Assembly: GCA_038215155.1 (NCBI GenBank)
Contig: JBBQRF010000001.1
Span: 54,042-118,041, forward strand
Source: Minisyncoccia bacterium
Lineage (GTDB): Bacteria > Patescibacteriota > Minisyncoccia > Phycocordibacterales > CAJBRS01
Direction: 5' to 3'
Length of the DNA: 64,000 nt
The position numbers and the translations under genes are program-made. This document shows, in pieces, positions 19,613-28,457 of the stretch (position 1 is its first letter; each line of letters starts with the position of its first letter). The notes below the pieces were generated by a model. It searched no databases and was not told the DNA's origin. It saw only the letters and a program-made list of their open reading frames with translations.

Positions 19613-21429
19613 TAATCTTCTGCCTCTTCCTCCTCAATTGCTTTATCCTCCGAATCGGTAACGATAAAACCACCGGCCTGTAAATTCCATAGCTTCTGAT
19701 AAAGTCCGCCATCATTTTGGAGTAATGTCTGATGAGTCCCTTCTTCTACAATTTTGCCATTTTCTACTACTACGATTCTATCCATCTTTTGGATAGTGGA
19801 GAGTCTGTGAGCGATGACAATAACTGTTTTTCCTATCATTAATTTATCCAATGCATCTTGAATTAATTGTTCTGAATGTGAATCAAGACTTGATGTGGCT
19901 TCATCGAGTACCAAGATCGGTGCATTCTTAAGAATAGCGCGAGCAATGGCCACCCGTTGACGTTCTCCTCCTGAAAGTTTAATTCCTCGCTCCCCTACGT
20001 AAGTTTCATATTTTTTCGGCAAGCTCTCAATGAACTCATCGCAATGAGCGAGGCGAGCCGCCGCAATAACCTCGTCATCGGAGGCATCCCGACGGCCATA
20101 CCTAATATTTTCCATTAGAGTTCGATGAAAAAGGATTGGATCTTGCGGTACTAAACTAATATTTTTATGCAGACTTTGCTGAGTGACGGTCTGAATATTT
20201 TGCTCATCCACAATAATTTCTCCTTCTTTAACATTATAAAGACGGAGCAACAGTCGAACAAAGGTAGATTTCCCTGCACCGGACGGGCCGATCAAGGCCA
20301 CTTTTTCGCCGCTCACAATCTTTAGATTAACCTCATCCAACACCTTTCTGTTCTCATTAAAACTGAAAGATAAATTTTTAAATTCTACTTCCCCTTTAGT
20401 AACAGTTAGCTCCTTTGCCTGCGGCGCATCCTGAATTTCTTGGGGTAATTCTAAAATTTCCACCATTTCCTTAGCATCAGCAAAGGCTTGATAGAAATCC
20501 TTTACAACGCTACTAAAGCTCCATAATCGATAACCTAGCCCTAGGACGTAGGTCTCAAATAAAACAAATGTTCCCAAGCTAATCTGACCGTTGGCCCATA
20601 GCCGAATGGAAAAATAAAAAATAAAAAACTCCATGAAAACAATAAACAGCATTTGAATTGCGTTCATCGTGTCATCTAAAGTGGCGACAAATAGACCAAT
20701 CTTCTGCTGATCATTGGTAACGCTTTTAAATCGATCATCTTCAAAACGCTCGCCGGTGAAAAGCTGGATTGTGTTGTGGTTAGTGATATTGTCGGAGAGC
20801 ACTGCCGATGATCGAGTATCTGCCTCCGCTTTTTGCAGATCATATTTTAATTTAAATCGAGCAAAGAAGTAATTAAAATTTAAAAATAAAATCATCCAAA
20901 TAATAATGACCCATCCAATAGTGTGGTTAATACTGAAGACAATTATAATAGTTCCGACAATACGAATACTGATTGGCAAGAGATTGAAAGTAATTCGATC
21001 CACTAGCCGCTCAAAGGCTCGAGCGTACCTACCAATTTTTTGCGTTAACGAACCGGTGAAATTATTGGCAAAAAAAGTGTATGAATGACGAATTAAATAC
21101 TCAAAGGCATTTTGTCGAAGAAGAGTTGATCCTTTAGTTTGGAAGCGGTCTATGGAAAATTGACCGTATTGCGAAAAGAGCCAATCCAATAAATTCAACA
21201 ATAGAATTATGAGAATGATCTTAGAAAGAAGAGGTACGGCGGCTAATCTGTCCGGAGAGCCATCAAGAATATTAAAGAAGTTTCTGTATTGGAGTGGAAT
21301 GAATAAGGCAATGATGGTTGGTAGAATGCCTCCTAAAATCGTTGAGACAAACCAAAAAGGCAAGCTCTTCACTACCTGCCAATACGAGCCTATCACCTGC
21401 TTTATTCCTATTTTGGGGTATTTAGTCAT
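19612..21429 (-). CDS. ABC transporter permease/ATPase (type I exporter, MsbA-like)
   Basis: 605 aa; 6-TM N-terminal domain; Walker A GPSGAGKST, signature LSGGERQR, Walker B ILVLDEATS. Confidence 0.88.
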   Translation of the reverse strand: MTKYPKIGIKQVIGSYWQVVKSLPFWFVSTILGGILPTIIALFIPLQYRNFFNILDGSPDRLAAVPLLSKIILIILLLNLLDWLFSQYGQFSIDRFQTKGSTLLRQNAFEYLIRHSYTFFANNFTGSLTQKIGRYARAFERLVDRITFNLLPISIRIVGTIIIVFSINHTIGWVIIIWMILFLNFNYFFARFKLKYDLQKAEADTRSSAVLSDNITNHNTIQLFTGERFEDDRFKSVTNDQQKIGLFVATLDDTMNAIQMLFIVFMEFFIFYFSIRLWANGQISLGTFVLFETYVLGLGYRLWSFSSVVKDFYQAFADAKEMVEILELPQEIQDAPQAKELTVTKGEVEFKNLSFSFNENRKVLDEVNLKIVSGEKVALIGPSGAGKSTFVRLLLRLYNVKEGEIIVDEQNIQTVTQQSLHKNISLVPQDPILFHRTLMENIRYGRRDASDDEVIAAARLAHCDEFIESLPKKYETYVGERGIKLSGGERQRVAIARAILKNAPILVLDEATSSLDSHSEQLIQDALDKLMIGKTVIVIAHRLSTIQKMDRIVVVENGKIVEEGTHQTLLQNDGGLYQKLWNLQAGGFIVTDSEDKAIEEEEAED

Positions 21430-21432
21430 TCT

Positions 21433-21462
21433 AAAGACAAAGAAAACCAGGGCATTGCCTGG
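21433..21462 (-). terminator. weak hairpin terminator after aspS
   Basis: ccagg-gcattg-cctgg stem followed on the minus strand by ttttctttgtcttt. Confidence 0.4.
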
Positions 21463-21507
21463 ATTTAATTTAGCTTAACACTGAAAGGAGGTTAAATCAA
21501 AAGCTAT

Positions 21508-22899
21508 TTATTTTTTGCGAATATCAATACCGAGCTCTTTTAATTGATCATTTGACACCTCGCTCGGCGAATTCATCATTAAATCCCTACCTTCTCCAGT
21601 TTTAGGAAAAGCAATAACTTCACGAATGTTTGGTTCGTTTTCTAGAATCATCATTAAGCGGTCGAAGCCCCAAGCAATGCCGCCATGAGGTGGAGTGCCC
21701 ATGCGAAAGGCTTGGAGCATATGACCAAAGTTCTTTTCCACGCTAGCACTGTCGTATCCCATAATTTCAAAGACGGAGATTAGGGCGGCGGCATTATGAT
21801 TGCGGATACTGCCGCCGCCAATCTCGTATCCGTTAAGCACTACGTCATATTGTGAAGTTAGAATTTCACCGATATTTTCTTTATTTTTTAGCCATTCTTG
21901 ATGCTCTTCTCTGGCTCCGGAAAATGGATTGTGAGTGAATGTCCAACCACCATTGTCAGTCTTCTCAAAAAATGGAAAATCAATGACCCAACAAAAAGCT
22001 AGCAGATTCTTGTCCTCTTTATCTTTTCGTAAATCAGGTCGGTCAGTCTGGTATTTTTCCATAGCTTCCTTATATGTAATTCGGGGAAAAGGAATTTCTT
22101 GAATGCGTTTTTCCGGATAATTATTTTTCACTACCTCTACCAAAATATCTTCATTTAAAGCCATCACATCTTTCTGTTTTACAAAACTCATCTCCAAATC
22201 AAGTTGGGTAAATTCCGGCTGCCGATCCCCCCGAGTATCTTCATCCCGCATACATTTAGCAAATTGAAAATATCGCTCGATTCCCGCCGCCATTAATAGT
22301 TGTTTGTATTGTTGCGGTGATTGCGGTAGAGCATAGAAATGGCCTGGGTCTGAGCGTGAAGGCACAATATAATCGCGAGCGCCTTCGGGTGTAGATTTAG
22401 TCAGAATAGGCGTTTCAATCTCAGTAAAATTTTTAGCGGCTAGGTAATCTCGAATAAATTTAATGATCTTGTGCCGGTTGCGAATATTTTTCTGCATCCT
22501 CGGCCGGCGCAAATCAAGGTAGCGGTATTTCAAGCGATTTTCCTCCCCTATTTCATGACCGTCGCTCCCCACGTCAATCGGTGGAGTCTCTGCTTCGTTT
22601 AATACAGTAATAGAAAGGATTTCTAGCTCAATGTCCCCGTTTTGTTTTTCCGCTTGAATATTTTTCTCCGGTCGCGGATTAACTTTTCCGAGAACCTCCA
22701 CTACCCATTCAGACCGAACCTTCTCGCCGATTTCGTGCGCTTCACTTTTTGGCAAAATAACTCCCTGAACATAGCCAGTCATGTCTCGGAAATCTAAAAA
22801 TATTAATTTGCCCTGATCACGACGAATATCAACCCATCCGCTAATGGAAACTTCCTTACCGATATTCTCTTTTAAATCTTTAATGAAAATTCGTGTCAT
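21508..22899 (-). CDS. aspS: aspartyl-tRNA synthetase (short form lacking large insertion domain)
   Basis: 463 aa; OB-fold N-terminus; class-II motif 2 FAKCMRDEDTRGDRQPEFTQLDLEMSF closely matches bacterial AspRS FRDEDLRADRQPEFTQ; motif 3 GGIAWGFDRLMMIL...IAFPK. Confidence 0.82.
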   Translation of the reverse strand: MTRIFIKDLKENIGKEVSISGWVDIRRDQGKLIFLDFRDMTGYVQGVILPKSEAHEIGEKVRSEWVVEVLGKVNPRPEKNIQAEKQNGDIELEILSITVLNEAETPPIDVGSDGHEIGEENRLKYRYLDLRRPRMQKNIRNRHKIIKFIRDYLAAKNFTEIETPILTKSTPEGARDYIVPSRSDPGHFYALPQSPQQYKQLLMAAGIERYFQFAKCMRDEDTRGDRQPEFTQLDLEMSFVKQKDVMALNEDILVEVVKNNYPEKRIQEIPFPRITYKEAMEKYQTDRPDLRKDKEDKNLLAFCWVIDFPFFEKTDNGGWTFTHNPFSGAREEHQEWLKNKENIGEILTSQYDVVLNGYEIGGGSIRNHNAAALISVFEIMGYDSASVEKNFGHMLQAFRMGTPPHGGIAWGFDRLMMILENEPNIREVIAFPKTGEGRDLMMNSPSEVSNDQLKELGIDIRKK

Positions 22900-23856
22900 T
22901 TAATATAATTTTACACCGACCCTGTCGCGAACGAGTTCCATCTTGGCTTTCGCTCGTTCGCGAGCTTTTTCTCCACCCGCTCTTAATATTTCTAATACTT
23001 CTTCTTTGCGACTCTCCCAATTTTGCCGCTTTTCTCTTAGTGGACTAACGAAAACAATAATATCATTAGCCAGAGCTTCCTTAAGAATCTGGTACTTTCC
23101 TTTATTTTGCGAGTAAAGGGCGTCGAGCTCGGCATTTGGTTTAAATAAATTATGAATGGCTCGAACATTCACGGGCACATCAGTGCCTGAGTCAGTAACA
23201 ATACTCATTACAGATTTTCGGACTTCCTCGTCAGAGGCAAAAAGTGGAATGGTATTATTGTAACTCTTGCTCATTTTCTCTCCATCAATTCCTGGCACCG
23301 TTTGCACCGCCGCTAAAATGAGCGGCTCAGGAAGCTTAAAAGTCTGGCCAAATATTCGATTAAATTTCTCTGCTGTGTCTCGCGCATATTCAACGTGCTG
23401 TTTTTGATCGCTTCCCACTGGCACAATATCTGGATCATAAATTAAGATATCGGTGGCCATGAGCATTGGGTAGTTAAAAGTGCCAACACTTACTTCCTTG
23501 TCCTTAGCGATGGCATCCTTGTATGCGTGGGCGCGCTGAAGGTACGGCATGGTAGTAATAGTGTCAAAAATCCAAGTGAGCTCAGTGTGCTCCGAGATAT
23601 CAGATTGCTTAAAGAGAGTGACTTTGGTGGGATCGAGCCCAATAGCTAAATAATCCAGCATTATTCCAAGGATATTTTCTCGCATTTCTTCGGCATTTTG
23701 AATGAAGTTTAAAGCGTGATAATCAGCAATCATGACAAAACACTCATACTGATCCTGCATTTCCACAAATTGGCGCATGGCCCCGAAGTAATTACCAATA
23801 TGAGGGCGGCCGGTCGGTTTTACACCGGAGAGCATAATTTTCTTTTCAGCAGACAT
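22900..23856 (-). CDS. trpS: tryptophanyl-tRNA synthetase
   Basis: 318 aa; SGVKPTGRPHIGNYFGA (HIGH-type) and KMSKS motif. Confidence 0.9.
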   Translation of the reverse strand: MSAEKKIMLSGVKPTGRPHIGNYFGAMRQFVEMQDQYECFVMIADYHALNFIQNAEEMRENILGIMLDYLAIGLDPTKVTLFKQSDISEHTELTWIFDTITTMPYLQRAHAYKDAIAKDKEVSVGTFNYPMLMATDILIYDPDIVPVGSDQKQHVEYARDTAEKFNRIFGQTFKLPEPLILAAVQTVPGIDGEKMSKSYNNTIPLFASDEEVRKSVMSIVTDSGTDVPVNVRAIHNLFKPNAELDALYSQNKGKYQILKEALANDIIVFVSPLREKRQNWESRKEEVLEILRAGGEKARERAKAKMELVRDRVGVKLY

Positions 23857-23983
23857 TACTAAAATAATAGCAAAAAGCAGACGGTTTTAGAAATTCCAGC
23901 ATGTATGACTAAGAGAGATGAAGGCTGCCTAACTATACTTACCAAAACAATCTACACAAGAAATATAATGTTAATATATTAAT

Positions 23984-24559
23984 ATGGCATTATTTTTTAT
24001 TATCCCAGGATATGGCGAAAGTCCCAATGGCAAGGCGTATCGAAAAATTGCCTTGGCTGCTAAAAAGAAAGGTCATATCCCTGTGCCAATTGAAGTAGAT
24101 TGGAGAAAAAACAAATCAATGTCTTTGTATGTTAAAGAGACTAAGCAAAAAATTCGAACATCCTTAAAAAATCAAAAAGACAAAGATATTCAAATTCTCG
24201 GGTTTTCTTTTGGGGCCTATATAGCGGCTCTATTGACTCGTAAGTATTACTTTCAAAAAATATATTTTTGTTCGATGTCACCCTACTTTAAGGATGACTT
24301 TTCTGCAATTCCAACCGAGTGGAAAAAAAAATTAGGTAAAAAAATGCTACAAAGTCTGCAAAAATACAAATTTCCAACAACTTCAAAATGCTCCGCGGTA
24401 TTTCTGGTGGGCAAAAAAGAACCTCCTATTTCAATCAATCGATTTCACAAATCTTACAGACAATGGAGAGGAAGAAAGAAAAAATTTATTATCGAAAAGT
24501 CTGATCATGATATTGGCAATGCTGCATATTTAAAAAAAGTTTTGGAGGTAATAAATTAA
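23984..24559 (+). CDS. alpha/beta-hydrolase-fold protein (putative esterase)
   Basis: 191 aa; GFSFGA nucleophile elbow (GxSxG); C-terminal DHD. Very AT-rich and Lys-rich. Confidence 0.5.
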   Translation: MALFFIIPGYGESPNGKAYRKIALAAKKKGHIPVPIEVDWRKNKSMSLYVKETKQKIRTSLKNQKDKDIQILGFSFGAYIAALLTRKYYFQKIYFCSMSPYFKDDFSAIPTEWKKKLGKKMLQSLQKYKFPTTSKCSAVFLVGKKEPPISINRFHKSYRQWRGRKKKFIIEKSDHDIGNAAYLKKVLEVIN

Positions 24560-24582
24560 AAAAGCACCTAAACATTAGATGC

Positions 24583-25533
24583 TCACTCTTTTACTTTATC
24601 TTGCAATAGAGATAGATGAAATTTGGTGATTTCATCACCTCGCTTCTGGTTAAAAAATCCATACCAGTCGCCGCAAGGATTGAAGTCAATCAAAATCAGC
24701 TGTCCTTCTTTGGTTAGCAGAAATTCAGGACTAGCAAAAGATAGGTTTAGCTTTTTAAGCAAGATTTTGCATGCATCCTTCACACTGGTCGCAAGCTGAA
24801 AATTCTTCCAATTAAGTCTGTCGAACTTCTTTGTGGAGGCATTTCTTTTTTGTATTTTACTTAATACGCTCGCGCAGACTGCCCAACACTTATCTTCGGT
24901 AATGTGAGTCCTGACGTGATAAGAAGTATCAATCAGTTCCTGCCACTGCCACAGCAACCCATCCTCAACTATTTTCGGATTCAGGATACATTCACGTGTA
25001 ATCGTGACTTCCTTCGAGTAGCTTCTCTTATTGGAAATCATGAAAGAATGTCCCAGACTTTTTTTACACAGAATTGTAGGGGACAATCGAGTTGGAGGTA
25101 ACATTCCATTAATGCAAAATGAGGGGACCAGTAATCCACTTTTCTGAGCTTGATCCAGTAGGAATATCTTCGAATCTCCATTGGAAATGCGTTGGGGTGT
25201 TCCTGGAAACCATTGGTTCGGGAACAACCTACCTAATTCCTCTAGAAATTGACCCAGAACATACCTATAAACTTGAGGAAACGAGTATTTGGAATTAAGC
25301 ATTAAAGCGCTATCGGCTCGAATTGGAGCTGATGCGTAAAAAATCGGTCGATTTATAGGTCGCAGCTGATAATAGCAGACTGTCTTTTTATCGACATATC
25401 CAAAGGATAATTCACCTCGGATCGAGTGAATATCTATAATATGGATTGGCAAACCAAAATGTGGAGCTAATCTTTGAAGAGCGACCAAGTGTGGATCCAC
25501 CGAACTAACCCGACTCGATATGACAAAGATCAT
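24583..25533 (-). CDS. ATP-grasp-like protein (graspetide maturase-like, possibly degenerate)
   Basis: 316 aa; N-terminal segment MIFVISSRVSSVDPHLVALQRLAPHFGLPIHIID resembles a pre-ATP-grasp domain; central KIFLLDQAQKSGLLVP; C-terminal LILIDFNPCGDWYGF resembles the E-x-N-P-x-G-x-W Mg-site motif with D in place of E. Confidence 0.45.
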   Translation of the reverse strand: MIFVISSRVSSVDPHLVALQRLAPHFGLPIHIIDIHSIRGELSFGYVDKKTVCYYQLRPINRPIFYASAPIRADSALMLNSKYSFPQVYRYVLGQFLEELGRLFPNQWFPGTPQRISNGDSKIFLLDQAQKSGLLVPSFCINGMLPPTRLSPTILCKKSLGHSFMISNKRSYSKEVTITRECILNPKIVEDGLLWQWQELIDTSYHVRTHITEDKCWAVCASVLSKIQKRNASTKKFDRLNWKNFQLATSVKDACKILLKKLNLSFASPEFLLTKEGQLILIDFNPCGDWYGFFNQKRGDEITKFHLSLLQDKVKE

Positions 25534-25552
25534 AAATTTCCTTCCTAAGGAG

Positions 25553-25590
25553 GTAAAAAAAGAAGCGTAGAGACTAGCCCTACGCTTCTC
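25553..25590 (-). terminator. hairpin terminator/attenuator between small ORF and ATP-grasp gene
   Basis: gaagcgtag-(10 nt)-ctacgcttc stem, followed on the minus strand by a run of 7 T. Confidence 0.55.
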
Positions 25591-25594
25591 TAAT

Positions 25595-25714
25595 TTAGCC
25601 GCAAAAATGCTTGGTGGGGCGTCGAACTTTCTTGCTCATCTCTTGGATGAGTTGCTCCTTCGAGCCTTCCAACACTCCTAACTTCCGCATTTTTCTGCAC
25701 ATGAGCTTTTTCAT
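25595..25714 (-). CDS. 39-aa basic small ORF with strong SD (candidate peptide)
   Basis: GGAGGT-ATC-ATG; translation MKKLMCRKMRKLGVLEGSKEQLIQEMSKKVRRPTKHFCG. It lies directly downstream of the histidine kinase gene and upstream of the hairpin. Below the 60-aa cut-off of the ORF track. Confidence 0.3.
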   Translation of the reverse strand: MKKLMCRKMRKLGVLEGSKEQLIQEMSKKVRRPTKHFCG

Positions 25715-25810
25715 GATACCTCCGTGTTTTTTATTTTAAGAACAGCTCAGCACACGCTGGATGCTCTAAAAGTAGATTACTTAATGGATTATTTTTGTCA
25801 ATGGAAGTCC

Positions 25811-27409
25811 TTATGCTGCTGGCAGTTCTACCCAAAATGTAGATCCTTTCCCGGTTCCTTCTGATTCTGCCCAAATGCGGCCTTTGTGAGCTTCCACAAT
25901 TTCCTTGGCGATGAAGAGGCCGTAGCCGGTGCTGTTGACGTTGACCTTGGTGGATTCTTTGCCACGACCACCTTCAGTAAAGAGCCGTTTCTTATCTTCT
26001 TCGGTAATGCCCACACCCGTGTCTTTTATACTAAAAAATATTTTCCCATCTTTTTTAGCCAATGAGATTTTCAAGCCACCCTTCAGGGTGTATTTAATAG
26101 AGTTATCAATCAGATTCCCCACGACATGTTGACTGAGTTGATCTCGATCGCCAATGGTGGTGAAATCGACATCTCCCGGAATAATAGTCTCCAATGTCAG
26201 ATTTTTATTTCGAGCCTCCTTTGTGTGTCCCTCAATCTGATCAACGACTACTTTTCGGAAATCAAAAGACTCTCGTTTATATGTAACTGTTCCCTTCTTT
26301 AAGTTAGCGGCGCTTAAGATACTCATTACTGTCTCTACTCCCTCCTGATTATCTCTAAGCCCTTCTTTGGCGACAGATTTAATAGAATCAGGAGTCTCAC
26401 CAAAATCCCCTTCAAGTATTCCAGCAAAAGCAGCCTTACTCTTGGTCAAGTATCCCTTGATTTGATGGCTGACGAAATGAATCAGACCTTCCTGGCGGTC
26501 ATTGGCAAGTTGTAATTCACTGGCCAAATGTTCAATCTTCTCGCGCTGCTCTACCTCGCGCAAAACTCCTCGAATGAGATTGATTCCAAAAATTAAAACT
26601 AAAATAAAAATACTGCTTCGAAATATAATTAATGAAGCAGTATTGGCAAAGATTATTTCGATAAAACTTACGAGAGCTAAGAAAAAAGTAATTATTGCAG
26701 TGCTAACCACTTTTACATTAAATAAATGATGTCGAGCTATGGCATAGGCGGTAAAAAGAACAAATGGAAAAACGAAAAGGGCGCTCAGGGGTATGAACCT
26801 TGTGTTGTTTAATAGCGTAGGAAAAATTAAATTAAAAACAATTATCAAAGTAAACATGATGCTCACGCCCGAAAGCAAAAGAGTAAATTGTTTTCTTTCG
26901 ATTCCGCCTGCTATACCTCTTTTTTTTACCATTAAGAAAATCCCGTTTCCTACTAAAGACACTGCTAATATTACAAACAACAAAATACCGGGTGCTGCTA
27001 TGGGTTGCGACACAGTGCCTAATGGTGCCGCTTTAATACCAGAATAGACAAAAGGAGTCAACGTTAACAAAGCAGTGCCCAAAACAGCGAGCTTTAAATG
27101 TCTTCTATATTTAGAGGTAAATGTAAACGTGGTGTTAGGAAAGACAGACATAAGCTTATAAAAAAAATATGCCTGAAAAATAGCAAAAAATAACACTAAT
27201 TTAATCAGAAACAAGACTAATGAAATATTGGCAACTTGGTAGTTTAAATAACTTACGACTCCCCATAACATAGTGCTAACAGAAAAACCCAAAAAGTATT
27301 TATTTGTGATGCTTTTTGGGTTACTAAAATAAATTACCGAGCCCAAAATTCCCGTACTTGCAACGACAAAACCAACAGACAAAAGATCAAAATTATGGAA
27401 CGAAGACAT
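25811..27409 (-). CDS. sensor histidine kinase with polytopic (about 7 TM) input domain
   Basis: 532 aa; about 300-aa hydrophobic N-terminus with no large periplasmic loop; H-box HFVSHQIKGYL; N-box GNLIDNSIKYT; G1 DTGVGI; G2 GYGLFIAKEIVEAHKG. No response-regulator gene in the window. Confidence 0.85.
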   Translation of the reverse strand: MSSFHNFDLLSVGFVVASTGILGSVIYFSNPKSITNKYFLGFSVSTMLWGVVSYLNYQVANISLVLFLIKLVLFFAIFQAYFFYKLMSVFPNTTFTFTSKYRRHLKLAVLGTALLTLTPFVYSGIKAAPLGTVSQPIAAPGILLFVILAVSLVGNGIFLMVKKRGIAGGIERKQFTLLLSGVSIMFTLIIVFNLIFPTLLNNTRFIPLSALFVFPFVLFTAYAIARHHLFNVKVVSTAIITFFLALVSFIEIIFANTASLIIFRSSIFILVLIFGINLIRGVLREVEQREKIEHLASELQLANDRQEGLIHFVSHQIKGYLTKSKAAFAGILEGDFGETPDSIKSVAKEGLRDNQEGVETVMSILSAANLKKGTVTYKRESFDFRKVVVDQIEGHTKEARNKNLTLETIIPGDVDFTTIGDRDQLSQHVVGNLIDNSIKYTLKGGLKISLAKKDGKIFFSIKDTGVGITEEDKKRLFTEGGRGKESTKVNVNSTGYGLFIAKEIVEAHKGRIWAESEGTGKGSTFWVELPAA

Positions 27410-27424
27410 TTGTGTAAAATTATA

Positions 27425-28453
27425 TCAGTTTTTTAAAACGTCTGAAACCGAAAGACGCGGACTATGTGGTTGCGAAGTGATTGCGCGGCCTACTCGAAAT
27501 ATAAATTGACTATGAAAACCGGGCTTTATAAAAAAATTTAATTTTTCTCGATAATTCGGAGACAAGATGGGTGCTGCCCATACTGCCGTTTTTAAATTGA
27601 ATTGTTCTGCAATTAAGGCGATTCTTTCATAGCATTCCCCCACCTTTATCCAATCAACTTTTGTATCCGTCATGGAACTTAACAAAATATAAGCTGGAGT
27701 ACCGTCAGTGAGTATTTTTAAAGTCGAAGACTTATTAAGGCGATCCATATTAAAAAATTTTACTAAATTAGGAACAATAAAAGATGGTAATAGAGGTATA
27801 CCCATCCCAAATGCAGGGATACCAATTTTGGATTTTGTTATATTATTTTTCACATATGGACTGAGTTCTCGTCGAAATTTTGAATTGTCCATTAATTCTA
27901 TATTTGAACTAACTATTATATCCGCAATTCCCTCTTTATCTGTATGGCCGTCAACAACGTTTATATTCATCTTAGGATTATCCAACTGAGAAAGTGCTTC
28001 TCTAAATTCTATAGAAAGTGGCTCCCTATGATAATTACTACGATTTACAGATCTTTTTACAATTGAAAAAATCAAGTGAGAAGAATTTTTTCGTATTGCG
28101 GTTTCGTCGAAACGAATGATGGCGACTAGATTTTCATGTATTGCATCAGGAAGATAAGAGACGTCGTATGATAGGCCGTAGTAATCTGCGGCTACACGTA
28201 TGTTTTCGATAGCACACCCCAAATTCATCAATAATAATCTATTATCAGGGTCACCCACCTTTAATTTTCGGAGAGAATTTTGGTAAATAAAAATACTTTG
28301 GTCGCGTATTTCAAAAATCCATGGCTGACTGTTATGACTCGAGGGCGCTAGAACTGCAAAATTAATTAGGAAATGTAATTTTTCTTTCCACGTGCGGCAC
28401 TCTTCGTATTTAGCAAAGTCAATGTCCCAAGGTTTATAATTTTCCTTTTCCAT
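27425..28453 (-). CDS. two-domain nitroreductase-family flavoprotein (SagB/Acg-like?)
   Basis: About 342 aa from ATG 28453. APSSHNSQPW is the nitroreductase-family FMN-binding motif. Its length implies a tandem or two-lobed nitroreductase fold. Confidence 0.6.
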   Translation of the reverse strand: MEKENYKPWDIDFAKYEECRTWKEKLHFLINFAVLAPSSHNSQPWIFEIRDQSIFIYQNSLRKLKVGDPDNRLLLMNLGCAIENIRVAADYYGLSYDVSYLPDAIHENLVAIIRFDETAIRKNSSHLIFSIVKRSVNRSNYHREPLSIEFREALSQLDNPKMNINVVDGHTDKEGIADIIVSSNIELMDNSKFRRELSPYVKNNITKSKIGIPAFGMGIPLLPSFIVPNLVKFFNMDRLNKSSTLKILTDGTPAYILLSSMTDTKVDWIKVGECYERIALIAEQFNLKTAVWAAPILSPNYREKLNFFIKPGFHSQFIFRVGRAITSQPHSPRLSVSDVLKN

Positions 28454-28457
28454 ATAA

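Noticed and set aside
21481-21498. Perfect AAGGAGGT Shine-Dalgarno-like sequence on the plus strand
   Set aside because: No ATG/GTG/TTG start within 4-12 nt and no plus-strand ORF follows. Likely coincidental in an intergenic terminator region.
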